DNA of 32,000 nucleotides, taken from assembly GCF_022701215.1 (NCBI RefSeq), contig NZ_CP089976.1, positions 390,001 to 422,000 on the forward strand. The letters run 5' to 3'. Below are positions 18,727 to 28,251 of the stretch, piece by piece (position 1 is the stretch's first letter; the number at the start of each line of letters is the position of its first letter). Made by a program: the position numbers and the translations under genes. The notes beneath the pieces were generated by a model that was not told where the DNA came from, made no database searches, and saw only the letters and a list, made by a program, of their open reading frames with translations. The stretch is from Moraxella nasovis (GTDB taxonomy: Bacteria; Pseudomonadota; Gammaproteobacteria; Pseudomonadales; Moraxellaceae).

Positions 18727-20190
18727 CTATTCTTGTGGACTTTTATCATTTAATAGGTCGTCTTGACGTTTTTGTAGTTCTTCATCTAGTGTATGCAATA
18801 TCCGAATATCAGGCACAGTATTAACAATCTCATCTTCTGGCACACCGCACAAAATACCTTTTGCCCTTGCTCGAGCTTCATCTTTACTCTGCGATTTTTG
18901 AGCCTGAGACTTTTGAGCTTGATTGACGTCCAATTTTTGTTCTAAGGCACTGGCGGTCATCGTCTCAATCTTATCATCAAAGCGAATCTGATAATTGGGT
19001 CCAGGCAGAGCAAATCCATGTGTTTCAAGAGCGTGTTTCACTTCACGAATGCCTAGCGTTCTGGCTGTTTTAAAATTGATTTGTTCTTGATTAACCCATG
19101 CAGAAAATTCAATAATCACCGCAAAATCGCCCACATCAATGATATTGGCACTCGCTTTGGGCGTATCTAATACAAAATCTAGCTGATTTAATGCATCTAC
19201 CCCCACTTTGATGGCTGCCAATGGGTCATCATCTGGGTCAACCCCCAATTCAAACACAAAACGCCTGTCCGTATTTTTAGAATAATTTAAAATTGTCCCA
19301 GTAAAAACTTCTGAATTGGGCAATCGTAATTGGTTACCATTTAATGTCATTAAAATGGTTGCCCTACTGGTCAAGCGAACCACGATACCTTCATAATTAT
19401 TGATTCTTACATGGTCTTTGACACGAAATGGCTGACGAAGCGATAACATCAAAGATGCAATGTAGTTTTCAATAGAATCCTTCACCGCAAAGCCCACTGC
19501 CACGCCCAAAATACTTGCCCCACCAAGCAATGTGCCAATAATCGCCTGAGCCCCCATCAAATACAGCCCTGCAATCACACCAATCAGAGCAAAGCCAAAA
19601 CGTATAATTTGCGAGACAAGTTCAGCCACAAAAACGTTCGGCGTGATTTTTCGCCAAAACCACTCACGTCCAGCGAAAAACCCACCAATTTTCCAAAAAA
19701 TCCACATCACCAAAAGCGACAACGCTAATAAGGGCAAGGCACGCACCACATCTACCGAACGGTCTTTTAGATTTTTTAAAAATGGGGTGACATTCTCTTG
19801 TAAATCTAGCGTACGAGTAAGCTCATCATTGACTGGTAGACTACTCATCTGCTTAGCAAGATTGACCGCCTGTGTAGCTTTGGCGTCATTTGGCACATCG
19901 CCTGACAACGTAACACCCAAGCCATCTACGGCAATCTGCACATCTTTTAGACCATCTATTTGAGTATAAATACCAAGTAGCTGGGATTTTAATAATGAAT
20001 AGTCGTGCGTGTCTTTTGGTGTAAATTTAAGAACGCTGTTATCTTGTGGGGCTGTGTCATTGGTTGCATGGGCTTGATTAGCAGAAACTCCGCCATTGAG
20101 TGCGGTATTAATAACCAATGAATCATCGGCATAGCTTGGCATAACCGACCCAAAAACAGCGAGCAACACTAGGGATTTTAATAACTTCAT
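18727..20190 (-). CDS. MscS-family mechanosensitive channel with an N-terminal periplasmic BON-like domain
   Basis: Signal peptide, a BON-like segment (LKDVQIAVDGLGVTLSGDVPNDAKATQAVNLAKQ), TM helices, and an MscS beta-domain (RQPFRVKDHVRINNYEGIVVRLTSRATILMTLNGNQLRLPNSEV). Confidence 0.85.
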   Translation of the reverse strand: MKLLKSLVLLAVFGSVMPSYADDSLVINTALNGGVSANQAHATNDTAPQDNSVLKFTPKDTHDYSLLKSQLLGIYTQIDGLKDVQIAVDGLGVTLSGDVPNDAKATQAVNLAKQMSSLPVNDELTRTLDLQENVTPFLKNLKDRSVDVVRALPLLALSLLVMWIFWKIGGFFAGREWFWRKITPNVFVAELVSQIIRFGFALIGVIAGLYLMGAQAIIGTLLGGASILGVAVGFAVKDSIENYIASLMLSLRQPFRVKDHVRINNYEGIVVRLTSRATILMTLNGNQLRLPNSEVFTGTILNYSKNTDRRFVFELGVDPDDDPLAAIKVGVDALNQLDFVLDTPKASANIIDVGDFAVIIEFSAWVNQEQINFKTARTLGIREVKHALETHGFALPGPNYQIRFDDKIETMTASALEQKLDVNQAQKSQAQKSQSKDEARARAKGILCGVPEDEIVNTVPDIRILHTLDEELQKRQDDLLNDKSPQE

Positions 20191-20346
20191 AACATAAGAA
20201 CTAGAATATAAGAGCTAGAATAAGAGCTTGGAAATTAAGGGCTTGGGTTAATTGTTTGGTAGATTAGCATATTTTTGCATATCTTTATATATTTTTGTTG
20301 TAAATACCCTATAATAATCACACACCCAATTATTTAAGGAATCATC

Positions 20347-20844
20347 ATGGCGATACAAGCTTGGCATTGGCTCGTTTTTGGGTTGGTGCTTTGCCTATTA
20401 GAGATATTCGTACCCACCTTTTTCTTGCTGTGGTTTGGGCTGTCGGCGATATTGGTGGCACTCATCGCATGGGTATTATCCCCATCAATGTCTGTCTTAG
20501 TTGTCTTGTGGCTTATTGTTTCTGTACTGCTCTTGTGGCTTATTGTTTCTGTACTGCTTTGTGCTACTTGGTTTGCATTCTTTAAACCCAAGATGACAAA
20601 TAAAACCACGGCAGGGCTTGGGGGTAGCAGTATTATTGGTGATACAGGGGTCATCATCAATGCACAAGGTCATTTGGGCGTGGTGCAATTTGCCGTGCCA
20701 AAACTTGGGTCAAGGCAGTGGGAATGCCAAAGCGATGAGATATTGATGGTGGGTGATGGTGTACAAATCACTCAAATCATCGGCAATAAACTGATTGTAC
20801 AAAAACATCTTATTGAAAAAACATCTTATCAAAACCACGCTTGA
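20347..20844 (+). CDS. NfeD-family membrane protein (YbbJ-like)
   Basis: 165 aa with N-terminal TM helices and a C-terminal OB-fold-like tail (GHLGVVQFAV...WECQSDEILMVGDGVQITQIIGNKLIVQ). It lies directly upstream of an SPFH gene, the classic NfeD-SPFH pairing. Confidence 0.8.
   Translation: MAIQAWHWLVFGLVLCLLEIFVPTFFLLWFGLSAILVALIAWVLSPSMSVLVVLWLIVSVLLLWLIVSVLLCATWFAFFKPKMTNKTTAGLGGSSIIGDTGVIINAQGHLGVVQFAVPKLGSRQWECQSDEILMVGDGVQITQIIGNKLIVQKHLIEKTSYQNHA
20505..20558 (+). repeat. perfect 27-bp tandem duplication inside nfeD (in frame)
   Basis: CTTGTGGCTTATTGTTTCTGTACTGCT occurs at 20505-20531 and again at 20532-20558, giving the repeated peptide LWLIVSVLL-LWLIVSVLL. Confidence 0.95.
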
Positions 20845-20899
20845 TTGACATTGAATTTTAAAGTGTGTATCCCACACAAAACGTCATCGGAGTAAGCTT

Positions 20900-21793
20900 A
20901 TGACAACAGACATCATAGATATGATATTAGGACAATTCATCGCAACGAATGTGATATTGGTTGTGCTCGTGATTTTTACTATTTTTACCATATTTAAGGG
21001 CGTGCGTCTTGTGCCACAAGGCTACAAATGGGTTGTCCAACGACTTGGCAAATACCATCGCACCTTAGAACCCGGTCTTAATTTCATCATTCCTTTTGTG
21101 GATACGGTGTCATATAAAGTTACCACCAAAGACATCGTATTAGACATTCCTAGCCAAGAAGTCATCACCAAAGACAACGTGGTCATCATCGCCAATGCCG
21201 TCGCCTACATCAGCATTATCCGCCCAGAACATGCGGTCTATGGGATAGAAAACTATCAGTACGGCATTCAAAATCTGGTACAAACATCACTACGCTCCAT
21301 TGTCGGTGAGATGGATTTGGATAACGCCTTATCTAGCCGTGATCAAATCAAAGCACAGCTAAAACACGCCATCTCAGATGACATTGCCGATTGGGGCATC
21401 ACCCTAAAAACCGTAGAAATCCAAGACATCAAACCATCAACCACCATGCAGTTGGCGATGGAAGAGCAAGCAGCGGCTGAACGACAACGCCGTGCCACCG
21501 TAACTCGTGCCGATGGTCAAAAACAAGCAGCAATCTTAGAAGCAGATGGACGACTTGAAGCATCTCGCCGTGATGCCGAAGCCCAAGTGGTGCTTGCTCG
21601 TGGCTCAGAAGAATCTATCCGCCTTATCAGTCAAGCTATGGACGGCAAAGAAATGCCTGTCATCTATTTGCTTGGCGAACAATACATCAAGGCAATGAAT
21701 GAGATGGCTCAATCAACCAACGCCAAAACCATCGTCATACCAGCAGACATTGTCAATACCGTCAAAGGTTTGGTTGGCGATAAGCTAAAATAA
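20900..21793 (+). CDS. SPFH/Band-7 (stomatin-like, QmcA-like) protein
   Basis: 297 aa with an N-terminal TM. VRLVPQGYKWVVQRLGKYHRTLEPGLNFIIPF...DIPSQEVITKDN... aligns by eye with E. coli QmcA. Confidence 0.88.
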   Translation: MTTDIIDMILGQFIATNVILVVLVIFTIFTIFKGVRLVPQGYKWVVQRLGKYHRTLEPGLNFIIPFVDTVSYKVTTKDIVLDIPSQEVITKDNVVIIANAVAYISIIRPEHAVYGIENYQYGIQNLVQTSLRSIVGEMDLDNALSSRDQIKAQLKHAISDDIADWGITLKTVEIQDIKPSTTMQLAMEEQAAAERQRRATVTRADGQKQAAILEADGRLEASRRDAEAQVVLARGSEESIRLISQAMDGKEMPVIYLLGEQYIKAMNEMAQSTNAKTIVIPADIVNTVKGLVGDKLK

Positions 21794-21813
21794 ACCCAGT
21801 CAGCTTAGCAAAT

Positions 21814-21841
21814 AAAAACCGTCAAAAGACGGTTTTTATTT
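21814..21841. terminator. bidirectional rho-independent terminator between SPFH gene and fadD
   Basis: AAAAACCGTC-aaaa-GACGGTTTTT, with A-run and T-run on the two sides. Confidence 0.65.
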
Positions 21842-21920
21842 GTTGATTTATTCACTTACCCATATCACTCTTATGTTGTTTGCAAGGCGGTTTTGGGCAA
21901 TTTTGGTTATTGCTTAATGG

Positions 21921-23639
21921 TTATTGACCGCCTTGTTGCTTGCTATCTTCAAGCACACGCAAATCTTTTCTTAAAATTTTGCCAACATTAGATTTTGGCA
22001 ATTCATCAATAAACTCAATAAATCTTGGGCGTTTATAGCCAGTCAGATGCTCTTTTGCCCATGCCTTAATCTCTTCTTCGGTCAGACTGCTGTCTTTTTT
22101 CACGATGAACACCTTGACCGCTTCGCCACTGTGGCTGTCATCTACACCAATCACGCCACATTCCAAGACTTTGGCATGACCTGCGATACACTCTTCTACT
22201 TCGTTGGGATAGACATTAAACCCCGATACCAAAATCATGTCTTTTTTGCGATCAACGATTTTAATGAAACCATCATCGTCCATCACGCCGATGTCGCCTG
22301 TGCGAAAATAGCCGTCTTTTGTCATGGATTTTGTCGTTTCGTCTGGGCGATTATGATAGCCTGCCATCACCTGTGGGCCTTTGGCACAAATCTCGCCTGC
22401 TTCGCCAAGTGGCACTTCGCATTCGTCATCACCCAATAAGATGATGTCCGTTGATGGAAAAGGAATGCCAATTTTACCCGTGTAACCCCCCGGTGGATTG
22501 AGCGTGAGTACAGGCGATGTCTCAGATAAGCCATAGCCTTCAATAATCTCGTTGCCTGTCAGATTTTTCCAAAGATTGGCGGTGCTTGGCAGTACAGACA
22601 TACCGCCACCCAACGACAGTTTTAGGTTGCTGTGGTCTAGTGCCTTAAAGCCTTCGTGATTTGCCAAGGCGTTAAATAAGGTATTGACCGCAGGGAAAAA
22701 TGCTGGCTTATATTTAGCAAAGTCTTTGGTTACCGCCGCCAAATCTCTGGGGTTGGTGATAAGTAGCATGGCAAAACCCATTTTCATGCCAAGCATAGAG
22801 ACGGTAAATGAAAAAATATGATACAAAGGCAATGCTGTGGCAATGTATTGATGATGAGCGTCATCATCATCGGCGAATACTTTGGTAACAAAGGTCATGC
22901 ACTGCTCAATATTACACACCAAATTGGCGTGGCTTAACATCGCCCCTTTTGCCACACCTGTCGTGCCACCTGTGTACTGCAACACAGCAATATCATCAAG
23001 GCTTGGGTTTGGTCTTTGGTAGCGACTGGCAGACACACTGTCTAAGGCATCTTTAAAGCTGATATGATTGGGGATTTGCCATTTTGGCACCATTTTTTTG
23101 ACATGACGCACCACTGTATTTACCAAAAATCCTTTTATGCCGAGCATATCGCCCAGTGTCGCCACAATCACGTGTTTAATACCGCTTTTGTCTTGCACTT
23201 TTTCAAAAGTATGGGCGAAATTCTCCACAATAAACAGCACGCTGGCACCACTGTCTTTGAGCTGATGTTCAAGCTCTCTTGGGGTGTATAACGGATTGAC
23301 ATTAACGAGCGTCAGCCCTGCTCTGATGATGGCAATCATGGCGATGGGATATTGCAAAATATTTGGCATCATCACCGCCACTTTATCGCCCTTGGTCAGC
23401 CCAAGCGACTGTAAATAAGCCGCCATCTGTCTGCTGTACAAATCCAGCTGTTTGTAGGTCATGGACGCACCCATACAGCTAAATGCCACATGATTGCCAT
23501 GCTTGGCGAACGCTTCTTCAAAAACATCAATCAAAGAATGAACATGGCTTGGTATCTTCAAATCAATGTCCAATCCATATTTGGCATAAGTTTGAACCCA
23601 AGGGCGACTGGCAGGGGTGGTAAAGTGGCAATGATTCAT
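21921..23639 (-). CDS. fadD: long-chain-fatty-acid--CoA ligase
   Basis: AMP-binding motif YTGGTTGVAKGAMLSH, plus GYGLSETSP and TGDIGVMDDDGFIKIVDRKKD. Start set to ATG 23639 (AGGAAG 6 nt upstream) rather than the track start 23705. Confidence 0.9.
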   Translation of the reverse strand: MNHCHFTTPASRPWVQTYAKYGLDIDLKIPSHVHSLIDVFEEAFAKHGNHVAFSCMGASMTYKQLDLYSRQMAAYLQSLGLTKGDKVAVMMPNILQYPIAMIAIIRAGLTLVNVNPLYTPRELEHQLKDSGASVLFIVENFAHTFEKVQDKSGIKHVIVATLGDMLGIKGFLVNTVVRHVKKMVPKWQIPNHISFKDALDSVSASRYQRPNPSLDDIAVLQYTGGTTGVAKGAMLSHANLVCNIEQCMTFVTKVFADDDDAHHQYIATALPLYHIFSFTVSMLGMKMGFAMLLITNPRDLAAVTKDFAKYKPAFFPAVNTLFNALANHEGFKALDHSNLKLSLGGGMSVLPSTANLWKNLTGNEIIEGYGLSETSPVLTLNPPGGYTGKIGIPFPSTDIILLGDDECEVPLGEAGEICAKGPQVMAGYHNRPDETTKSMTKDGYFRTGDIGVMDDDGFIKIVDRKKDMILVSGFNVYPNEVEECIAGHAKVLECGVIGVDDSHSGEAVKVFIVKKDSSLTEEEIKAWAKEHLTGYKRPRFIEFIDELPKSNVGKILRKDLRVLEDSKQQGGQ

Positions 23640-23902
23640 AGTGACTTCCTTTTTTGGTCGTTTTGGCAGTTGTTTACAATATTTAGCAGGTGTTGTAGTA
23701 ATCACAACATATTTATCAAAGCAAATGTGGTTTGTGCTTTATTTAGAAAACAAGTGTTTTATAAAATACACTATTTTTGGTCAATTGCCAAATGGTTTTT
23801 GTGTCAACATACCAAAACAAACCATCACAATGGCAATGCCCAACAAAAGTATTTGCCAATCTTGTACTTGACGACAATCAAACAGACAATCAACAGTTAA
23901 AA

Positions 23903-23953
23903 TTTAAGACAACATTTAAGTAAGACAACATTTAAGACAACATTTAAGACAAT
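23903..23953. repeat. about 12-bp tandem repeat (TTTAAGACAACA), roughly 4 copies, one with a 4-nt insertion
   Basis: Copies at 23903, 23915 (with an extra TAAG), 23931 and 23943. Intergenic: about 265-315 nt upstream of the fadD start and about 30 nt downstream of the TSUP stop. Confidence 0.8.
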
Positions 23954-23980
23954 CATATGAAACGACTTAACATAAAAACA

Positions 23981-24736
23981 TTATATCAATAACATATTGA
24001 TGCCCTGCCAGCCGACTTTGATACCAAGCAACAATAAAATCAGCAAAATCAGCAAGCGAAATTTGTCCGTTGGTAAATATCCGCCCACACGCCCACCCAC
24101 CAAAATCCCCACAACCGACAGCACCGTCAAAAGACCAATCACACCCCACGTCGCCATTGGCACGGTCATAATAATATCTTTTAATACAATCACTTGCACA
24201 AGTTTATTGACAAAGTAACACAGATTACCCACCTTAATGATCGTCATCTTATCGTCCGTCATGGACAATAGATACATCAGTAGCACAGACGACATGGCAT
24301 TGGTCGCACCGCCCACCACGCCTGCAATTAACGCCATGATAATTAGCGATGCAGTCGTATTTGGCAGGACAATCTTTTTACCCAAAAGGCTTGTGATGGC
24401 ATACCACAGCACCACGACACTCAAAGCAAGCATCAGATACGCCGAATTAACCACCAAAAGCAGATACGCCCCCATCGCCGAGCCGAGTACCGAGAGCATG
24501 ACTAAGGGTAGGTATTTTTTAAGATAAAAGCAAAAATTATGACAAATACCGCCATCGCCACCAAGCCATGCGACGAGATTAAGTACAGCGGTTGGCACCA
24601 AGACCAAGATGATGGCATAGGTCAGCCCATACCCACTCAACGCCCCAATGGTGATGAGCGGAAATCCCATGCCTGCAATGCCGTGTAGCACACTTGCGAT
24701 GATAAATAAAGGAATGAGCCAAAGTTCAAATTTCAT
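23981..24736 (-). CDS. TSUP (TauE/SafE) family anion permease
   Basis: 251 aa, polytopic, with glycine-rich TM motifs (GIAGMGFPLI..., AGVVGGATNAMS) typical of TSUP. Confidence 0.7.
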   Translation of the reverse strand: MKFELWLIPLFIIASVLHGIAGMGFPLITIGALSGYGLTYAIILVLVPTAVLNLVAWLGGDGGICHNFCFYLKKYLPLVMLSVLGSAMGAYLLLVVNSAYLMLALSVVVLWYAITSLLGKKIVLPNTTASLIIMALIAGVVGGATNAMSSVLLMYLLSMTDDKMTIIKVGNLCYFVNKLVQVIVLKDIIMTVPMATWGVIGLLTVLSVVGILVGGRVGGYLPTDKFRLLILLILLLLGIKVGWQGINMLLI

Positions 24737-24827
24737 AGATGCTTTGCTTAGTCATTCGCCCAAATCAGAGCAAATGATGGTCTTTTGGGAGAAAATGGCG
24801 TAGTTGATGTGGTTGTTTTTTCTTGCT

Positions 24828-26096
24828 TTATCTTTCGTCTTGTGCTGTTGCCCGATGAGCCAATACCTGCCCCACGCACGCCACCAGTTGCTGTGCGATA
24901 TTATCCTTACTCGCCTTAGATAGCACCACCTTATCTTGTTCATATTGCTTGGCAAAAAACACCGTCATGGCGTTATCATCACTGCCAAAACCGATGGATT
25001 GGTCTGATACGTCATTGACGGCTATCATGTCTAAGTTTTTGGCGACAAGTTTGCCTTTGGCATAATTTTCTGTATCAAAAGTCTCAGCAGCAAAGCCCAC
25101 CATGATGGCGTGGGGGAAATTTTGACTGATGGTGGCTAAAATATCAGGATTTTTAATCAGTTCAAGTGTCAAGCTGTCTTGTCCGTCTACTTTTTTGATT
25201 TTTTGGGTAGCGACATTGGCAACTTTATAATCTGCCACAGCGGCAGTTGCAATAAAAATGGTGTCGCCGTCGTCCGTCATCGCACCTTGACAAGCGGTGA
25301 GCATCTCATCTGCCGTACCGACATTTAGGCGTGTTATGCCAATGGGTGTGGGCAGTTGTACCGATTTGCCTACAATGATGGTAACATCTGCCCCTGCACG
25401 CACGCACGCACGAGCCAAAGCAAAGCCCATTTTGCCTGTGGAATGATTGGACAAAAACCGCACAGGGTCTATCGGCTCAACCGTTGCCCCTGCGGTAATG
25501 ACGACTTTTTTATCGGCAAGAAGAAGGGGTGGCGACTGCTTTGAGCTGACAAAATCCAAAATCCGCTCGCACAAGTCTTCTGGCTCAGGCAATCGCCCCA
25601 CCCCCATATCCCCACACGCCTGCTCGCCACTGGCAGGCATGATGATGTGATGTCCAAACTTGATGAGCGTGTCTAGATTATTTTGTACGATTGCGTGATG
25701 GTACATCGCTTGGTTCATGGCAGGGGCAACCAAGATGGGGGCAGTCGTGGCAAGGGCGACGGTACTCACAAGATTATCCGCCAAGCCCATAGCGAGTTTG
25801 GCGATGGTATTGGCAGACGCTGGGGCAATCACCAATAAATCCGCCCATTTGGCAAGCTCGATATGCCCCATGCCACGCTCAGCAGTCTCATCAAGTAAAT
25901 CGGTATGTACTTCATGCCCTGTCAATGCCTGCAACGTCAACGGCGTGATAAATTCACACGCCCCATCAGTCATCATCACACGCACATCGCACCCAGCTTT
26001 GATGAGTAGGCGAGCAAGAATGGCAGATTTGTAGGCAGAGATACCGCCTGTGATGGCAAGCAAGATATTGGCGTTTTTCATGGATAGGCTTAACAT
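24828..26096 (-). CDS. coaBC: bifunctional phosphopantothenoylcysteine decarboxylase / phosphopantothenate--cysteine ligase
   Basis: ILLAITGGISAYK flavoprotein N-terminus, PAMNQAMY, ITAGATVEPIDPVRFLSNHSTGKMG. The start is ambiguous (ATG 26096 or 26081). The track extension to 26186 crosses a tandem repeat and is unlikely to be coding. Confidence 0.9.
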   Translation of the reverse strand: MLSLSMKNANILLAITGGISAYKSAILARLLIKAGCDVRVMMTDGACEFITPLTLQALTGHEVHTDLLDETAERGMGHIELAKWADLLVIAPASANTIAKLAMGLADNLVSTVALATTAPILVAPAMNQAMYHHAIVQNNLDTLIKFGHHIIMPASGEQACGDMGVGRLPEPEDLCERILDFVSSKQSPPLLLADKKVVITAGATVEPIDPVRFLSNHSTGKMGFALARACVRAGADVTIIVGKSVQLPTPIGITRLNVGTADEMLTACQGAMTDDGDTIFIATAAVADYKVANVATQKIKKVDGQDSLTLELIKNPDILATISQNFPHAIMVGFAAETFDTENYAKGKLVAKNLDMIAVNDVSDQSIGFGSDDNAMTVFFAKQYEQDKVVLSKASKDNIAQQLVACVGQVLAHRATAQDER

Positions 26097-26215
26097 GGCT
26101 ATAAAACAGCCATTATAACGCAAAAAACCATCGCAAGTAACCCCATCACGCACTGCCCATTGCACAGCCCCATTGCACAGTCCCAAGCTATCCCCAGCAC
26201 CATTTAAACATTGGC

Positions 26216-26285
26216 TTAGATGTTGTTGGTTTAATGCAATCGGTTTAGTGCTGTTGGTTTAATGCAATTGGTTTAGATGCGATTG
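26216..26285. repeat. about 28-bp tandem direct repeat, roughly 2.4 copies
   Basis: TTAGATGTTGTTGGTTTAATGCAATCGG / TTAGTGCTGTTGGTTTAATGCAATTGG / TTAGATGCGATTGG... The last partial copy overlaps the stop of the MFS pseudogene. Confidence 0.7.
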
Positions 26286-27439
26286 GTATTGATTTTTGTT
26301 GTCCAAAACACATACAAAATAAGAACAACCACCACCATCAACGGCAAAAATAATTGAGCCATAGTAATGTTGCCAGATGTTGCCAAAATATAGCCAATGG
26401 TCAAACTGGCACCTGCTTGAAATAAAGTATAACTCACCGCACTGTATTGCCCAATGATTGATGCTTGGTTGTCATCTTTGGCAAGCAAAGATAAATTCGC
26501 CCTAACCAACATTCTGACACTATTCATAAATAACCCAATAAAAAAACACATCAAAAACGACACCATCTTGATGTCAGACAACACAAATACAACATCAGCC
26601 ACAATCATCAAAAACGCCATCGCCAAACATTTTTTGACACCATTTTTCAAAAAACTGCCGAAAAAGCCCCACGCCTGCACAGGCACTAGACAACCCATAA
26701 TCTTGGGCGGTCCACTGCCTAATTTCTTGAAAAATGATTGGTGTTGTGATATTAAAACTGATGATATGAATGCCAAGAAACCCAAGCAAAGCACACAGCA
26801 GATAAACCGATTTACGGTCTAACTGATGATGAAAGCTGTTATGATTGGTGGTGCTGTGTTGTTTTTGAAGCTGTATTTGCTCAAACTTACCTTTTTTAAC
26901 CAAAAACAAATTAAAAATACAAAAAGCAATGTCAATCAAAGCGATGATAAGCACCGCCAAAAAAAAATGTAAAATGGCTTAATAAAAATCCGCCAATCAT
27001 CGCCCCAGCAAAAGCACCAATCTGAATGACTGCCTGCATATATCTTGACGCTTTATCAGCACTAACCAACTGCTTAACCACAAGGCAATTATTATAAGAT
27101 TCGTAGTTGCTCAATATACTCACGCCCAAGATACCCAAACTTAATGCCATGCCGATAAACGTGTATGTATTAGGATTGATGGCAGACAACATCAGTACAA
27201 ACAAATATAACACAATCCGAACTTTCATCAGCCAAGACATGGGCAATGACAGCAGATTAACTTTGGCGATTTTTTTTGATGACAAAAGGTATGATGGTGC
27301 TGATAAAAACAAGCACACTAAGCATGAGTGGATTTTTGGTGATTTGGTAAGATAGCCACATCACCATCAATAGTAGCGACATATCACTAAAATAAAAGAC
27401 AATCAAACCCCCATAAAACTTTTTTTAATTTAAGTCCAT
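26273..27439 (-). pseudogene. MFS transporter, disrupted (three +1 frameshifts plus an early in-frame TAA)
   Basis: Three overlapping minus-strand ORFs (26932-27318, 26595-26960, 26273-26794) plus an upstream piece join into one MFS-like protein of about 389 aa if one base is removed at each of T8 (27270-27277), A9 (26959-26967) and the CCCC/AAAAA region (26661-26670). ATG 27439 is followed by TAA at codon 5 (27425-27427). Confidence 0.75.
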
Positions 27440-27480
27440 ATCAACTCCATATCCAATCCCCATCTCATCTTTACGTCAAT

Positions 27481-28251
27481 CTAGCCCCACACCAATTTCC
27501 CCACCATCGCAAAGCACATCACCACAATCACAGGGCGGATAAATTTCGCCCCACCTTTGACCACCAAATGACTGCCAAGATACGCCCCAATGACCTGCCC
27601 TGCCATCATAACAAACCCAACAACCCACACCACTTGCCCGCCCAAAATAAAGAAAATCAAGCTTGCAATATTGGTGGCAAAATTTAAGAGCTTCGCCCTT
27701 GCTGTGGCAGCCACCAACTCTCGCCCACGCAAGACAACTTGTGATAAACTAAAAAACGTCCCTGTCCCCGGTCCAAAATACCCATCATAAAAGCCGACAA
27801 GGGGAGCGACTGTTTTTTCATAAACCGCTTGGCTCATGCGTGGCGTGCTTTCTAATTTGCCAAGATTTGGGCTAAATAAGGTATAAATCCCCACCCCTGC
27901 TATGACAAAGGGCAAGGCTTTACGCAAAAAATCAGGGGGCGATAATTGCACCAAAATCGTCCCCACCGCAGAACCGATGAACGCCATCATCAAAGCAGTT
28001 TTCATCATCTTGGGGTGAACCAATCCTTTTTTTATCATGGCGACACTTGCTGAGAGCGACCCTGCACAGGCTTGTAGTTTATTGGTTGCCAGGGTTGCCA
28101 CAGGGTTCATGCCTGTCAGTAGCAGTGCAGGTATCGTCAACAGTCCGCCACCGCCTGCCATCGCATCAATAAATCCTGCAAATAACGCCACAAAAAAGAG
28201 CATGACAATGATATTAAACGTAAAAGACAAATCCATCTTGGGCTTTTCCAC
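27481..28251 (-). CDS. TSUP (TauE/SafE) family anion permease, second copy
   Basis: 256 aa with FIDAMAGGGGLLTIPALLL and GYFGPGTGTFF motifs typical of the family. Confidence 0.8.
   Translation of the reverse strand: MEKPKMDLSFTFNIIVMLFFVALFAGFIDAMAGGGGLLTIPALLLTGMNPVATLATNKLQACAGSLSASVAMIKKGLVHPKMMKTALMMAFIGSAVGTILVQLSPPDFLRKALPFVIAGVGIYTLFSPNLGKLESTPRMSQAVYEKTVAPLVGFYDGYFGPGTGTFFSLSQVVLRGRELVAATARAKLLNFATNIASLIFFILGGQVVWVVGFVMMAGQVIGAYLGSHLVVKGGAKFIRPVIVVMCFAMVGKLVWG

Noticed and set aside
20191-20346. Imperfect direct repeats (TAAGAACTAGAATA / TAAGAGCTAGAATA / AGAGCTTGG..AGGGCTTGG) in the divergent mscS/nfeD promoter region
   Set aside because: They are short, degenerate and in AT-rich intergenic DNA, so I cannot distinguish them from chance.
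20334-20688. Minus-strand ORFs with a repeated SSTETISHK peptide
   Set aside because: They are antisense shadows of nfeD. The peptide repeat is just the 27-bp duplication read on the other strand.
23640-23705. N-terminal extension of fadD in the ORF track (MITTTPAKYCKQLPKRPKKEVT)
   Set aside because: The internal ATG at 23639 has a strong AGGAAG RBS and gives a normal FadD N-terminus, whereas the extension has no SD. For the same kind of reason I rejected the extensions of coaBC (26097-26186), bioB (13579-13629, TTG start), the SCP2 gene (12931-12981, overlaps serB), ybjQ (9123-9155) and the NERD-helicase (4169-4198, TTG start).
23490-23900. Plus-strand ORFs 23490-23900 and 23641-23871 in the fadD upstream region
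   Set aside because: They overlap the fadD 5' end in antisense and have AT-rich, unlikely composition with no RBS. They are probably non-coding promoter or leader DNA.
23981-28251. Two TSUP permeases plus the MFS gene and coaBC as a functional sulfur or export cluster
   Set aside because: The genes are separated by terminator-like or long intergenic regions, and the two TSUP proteins are quite divergent from each other. Nothing in the sequence links them functionally.
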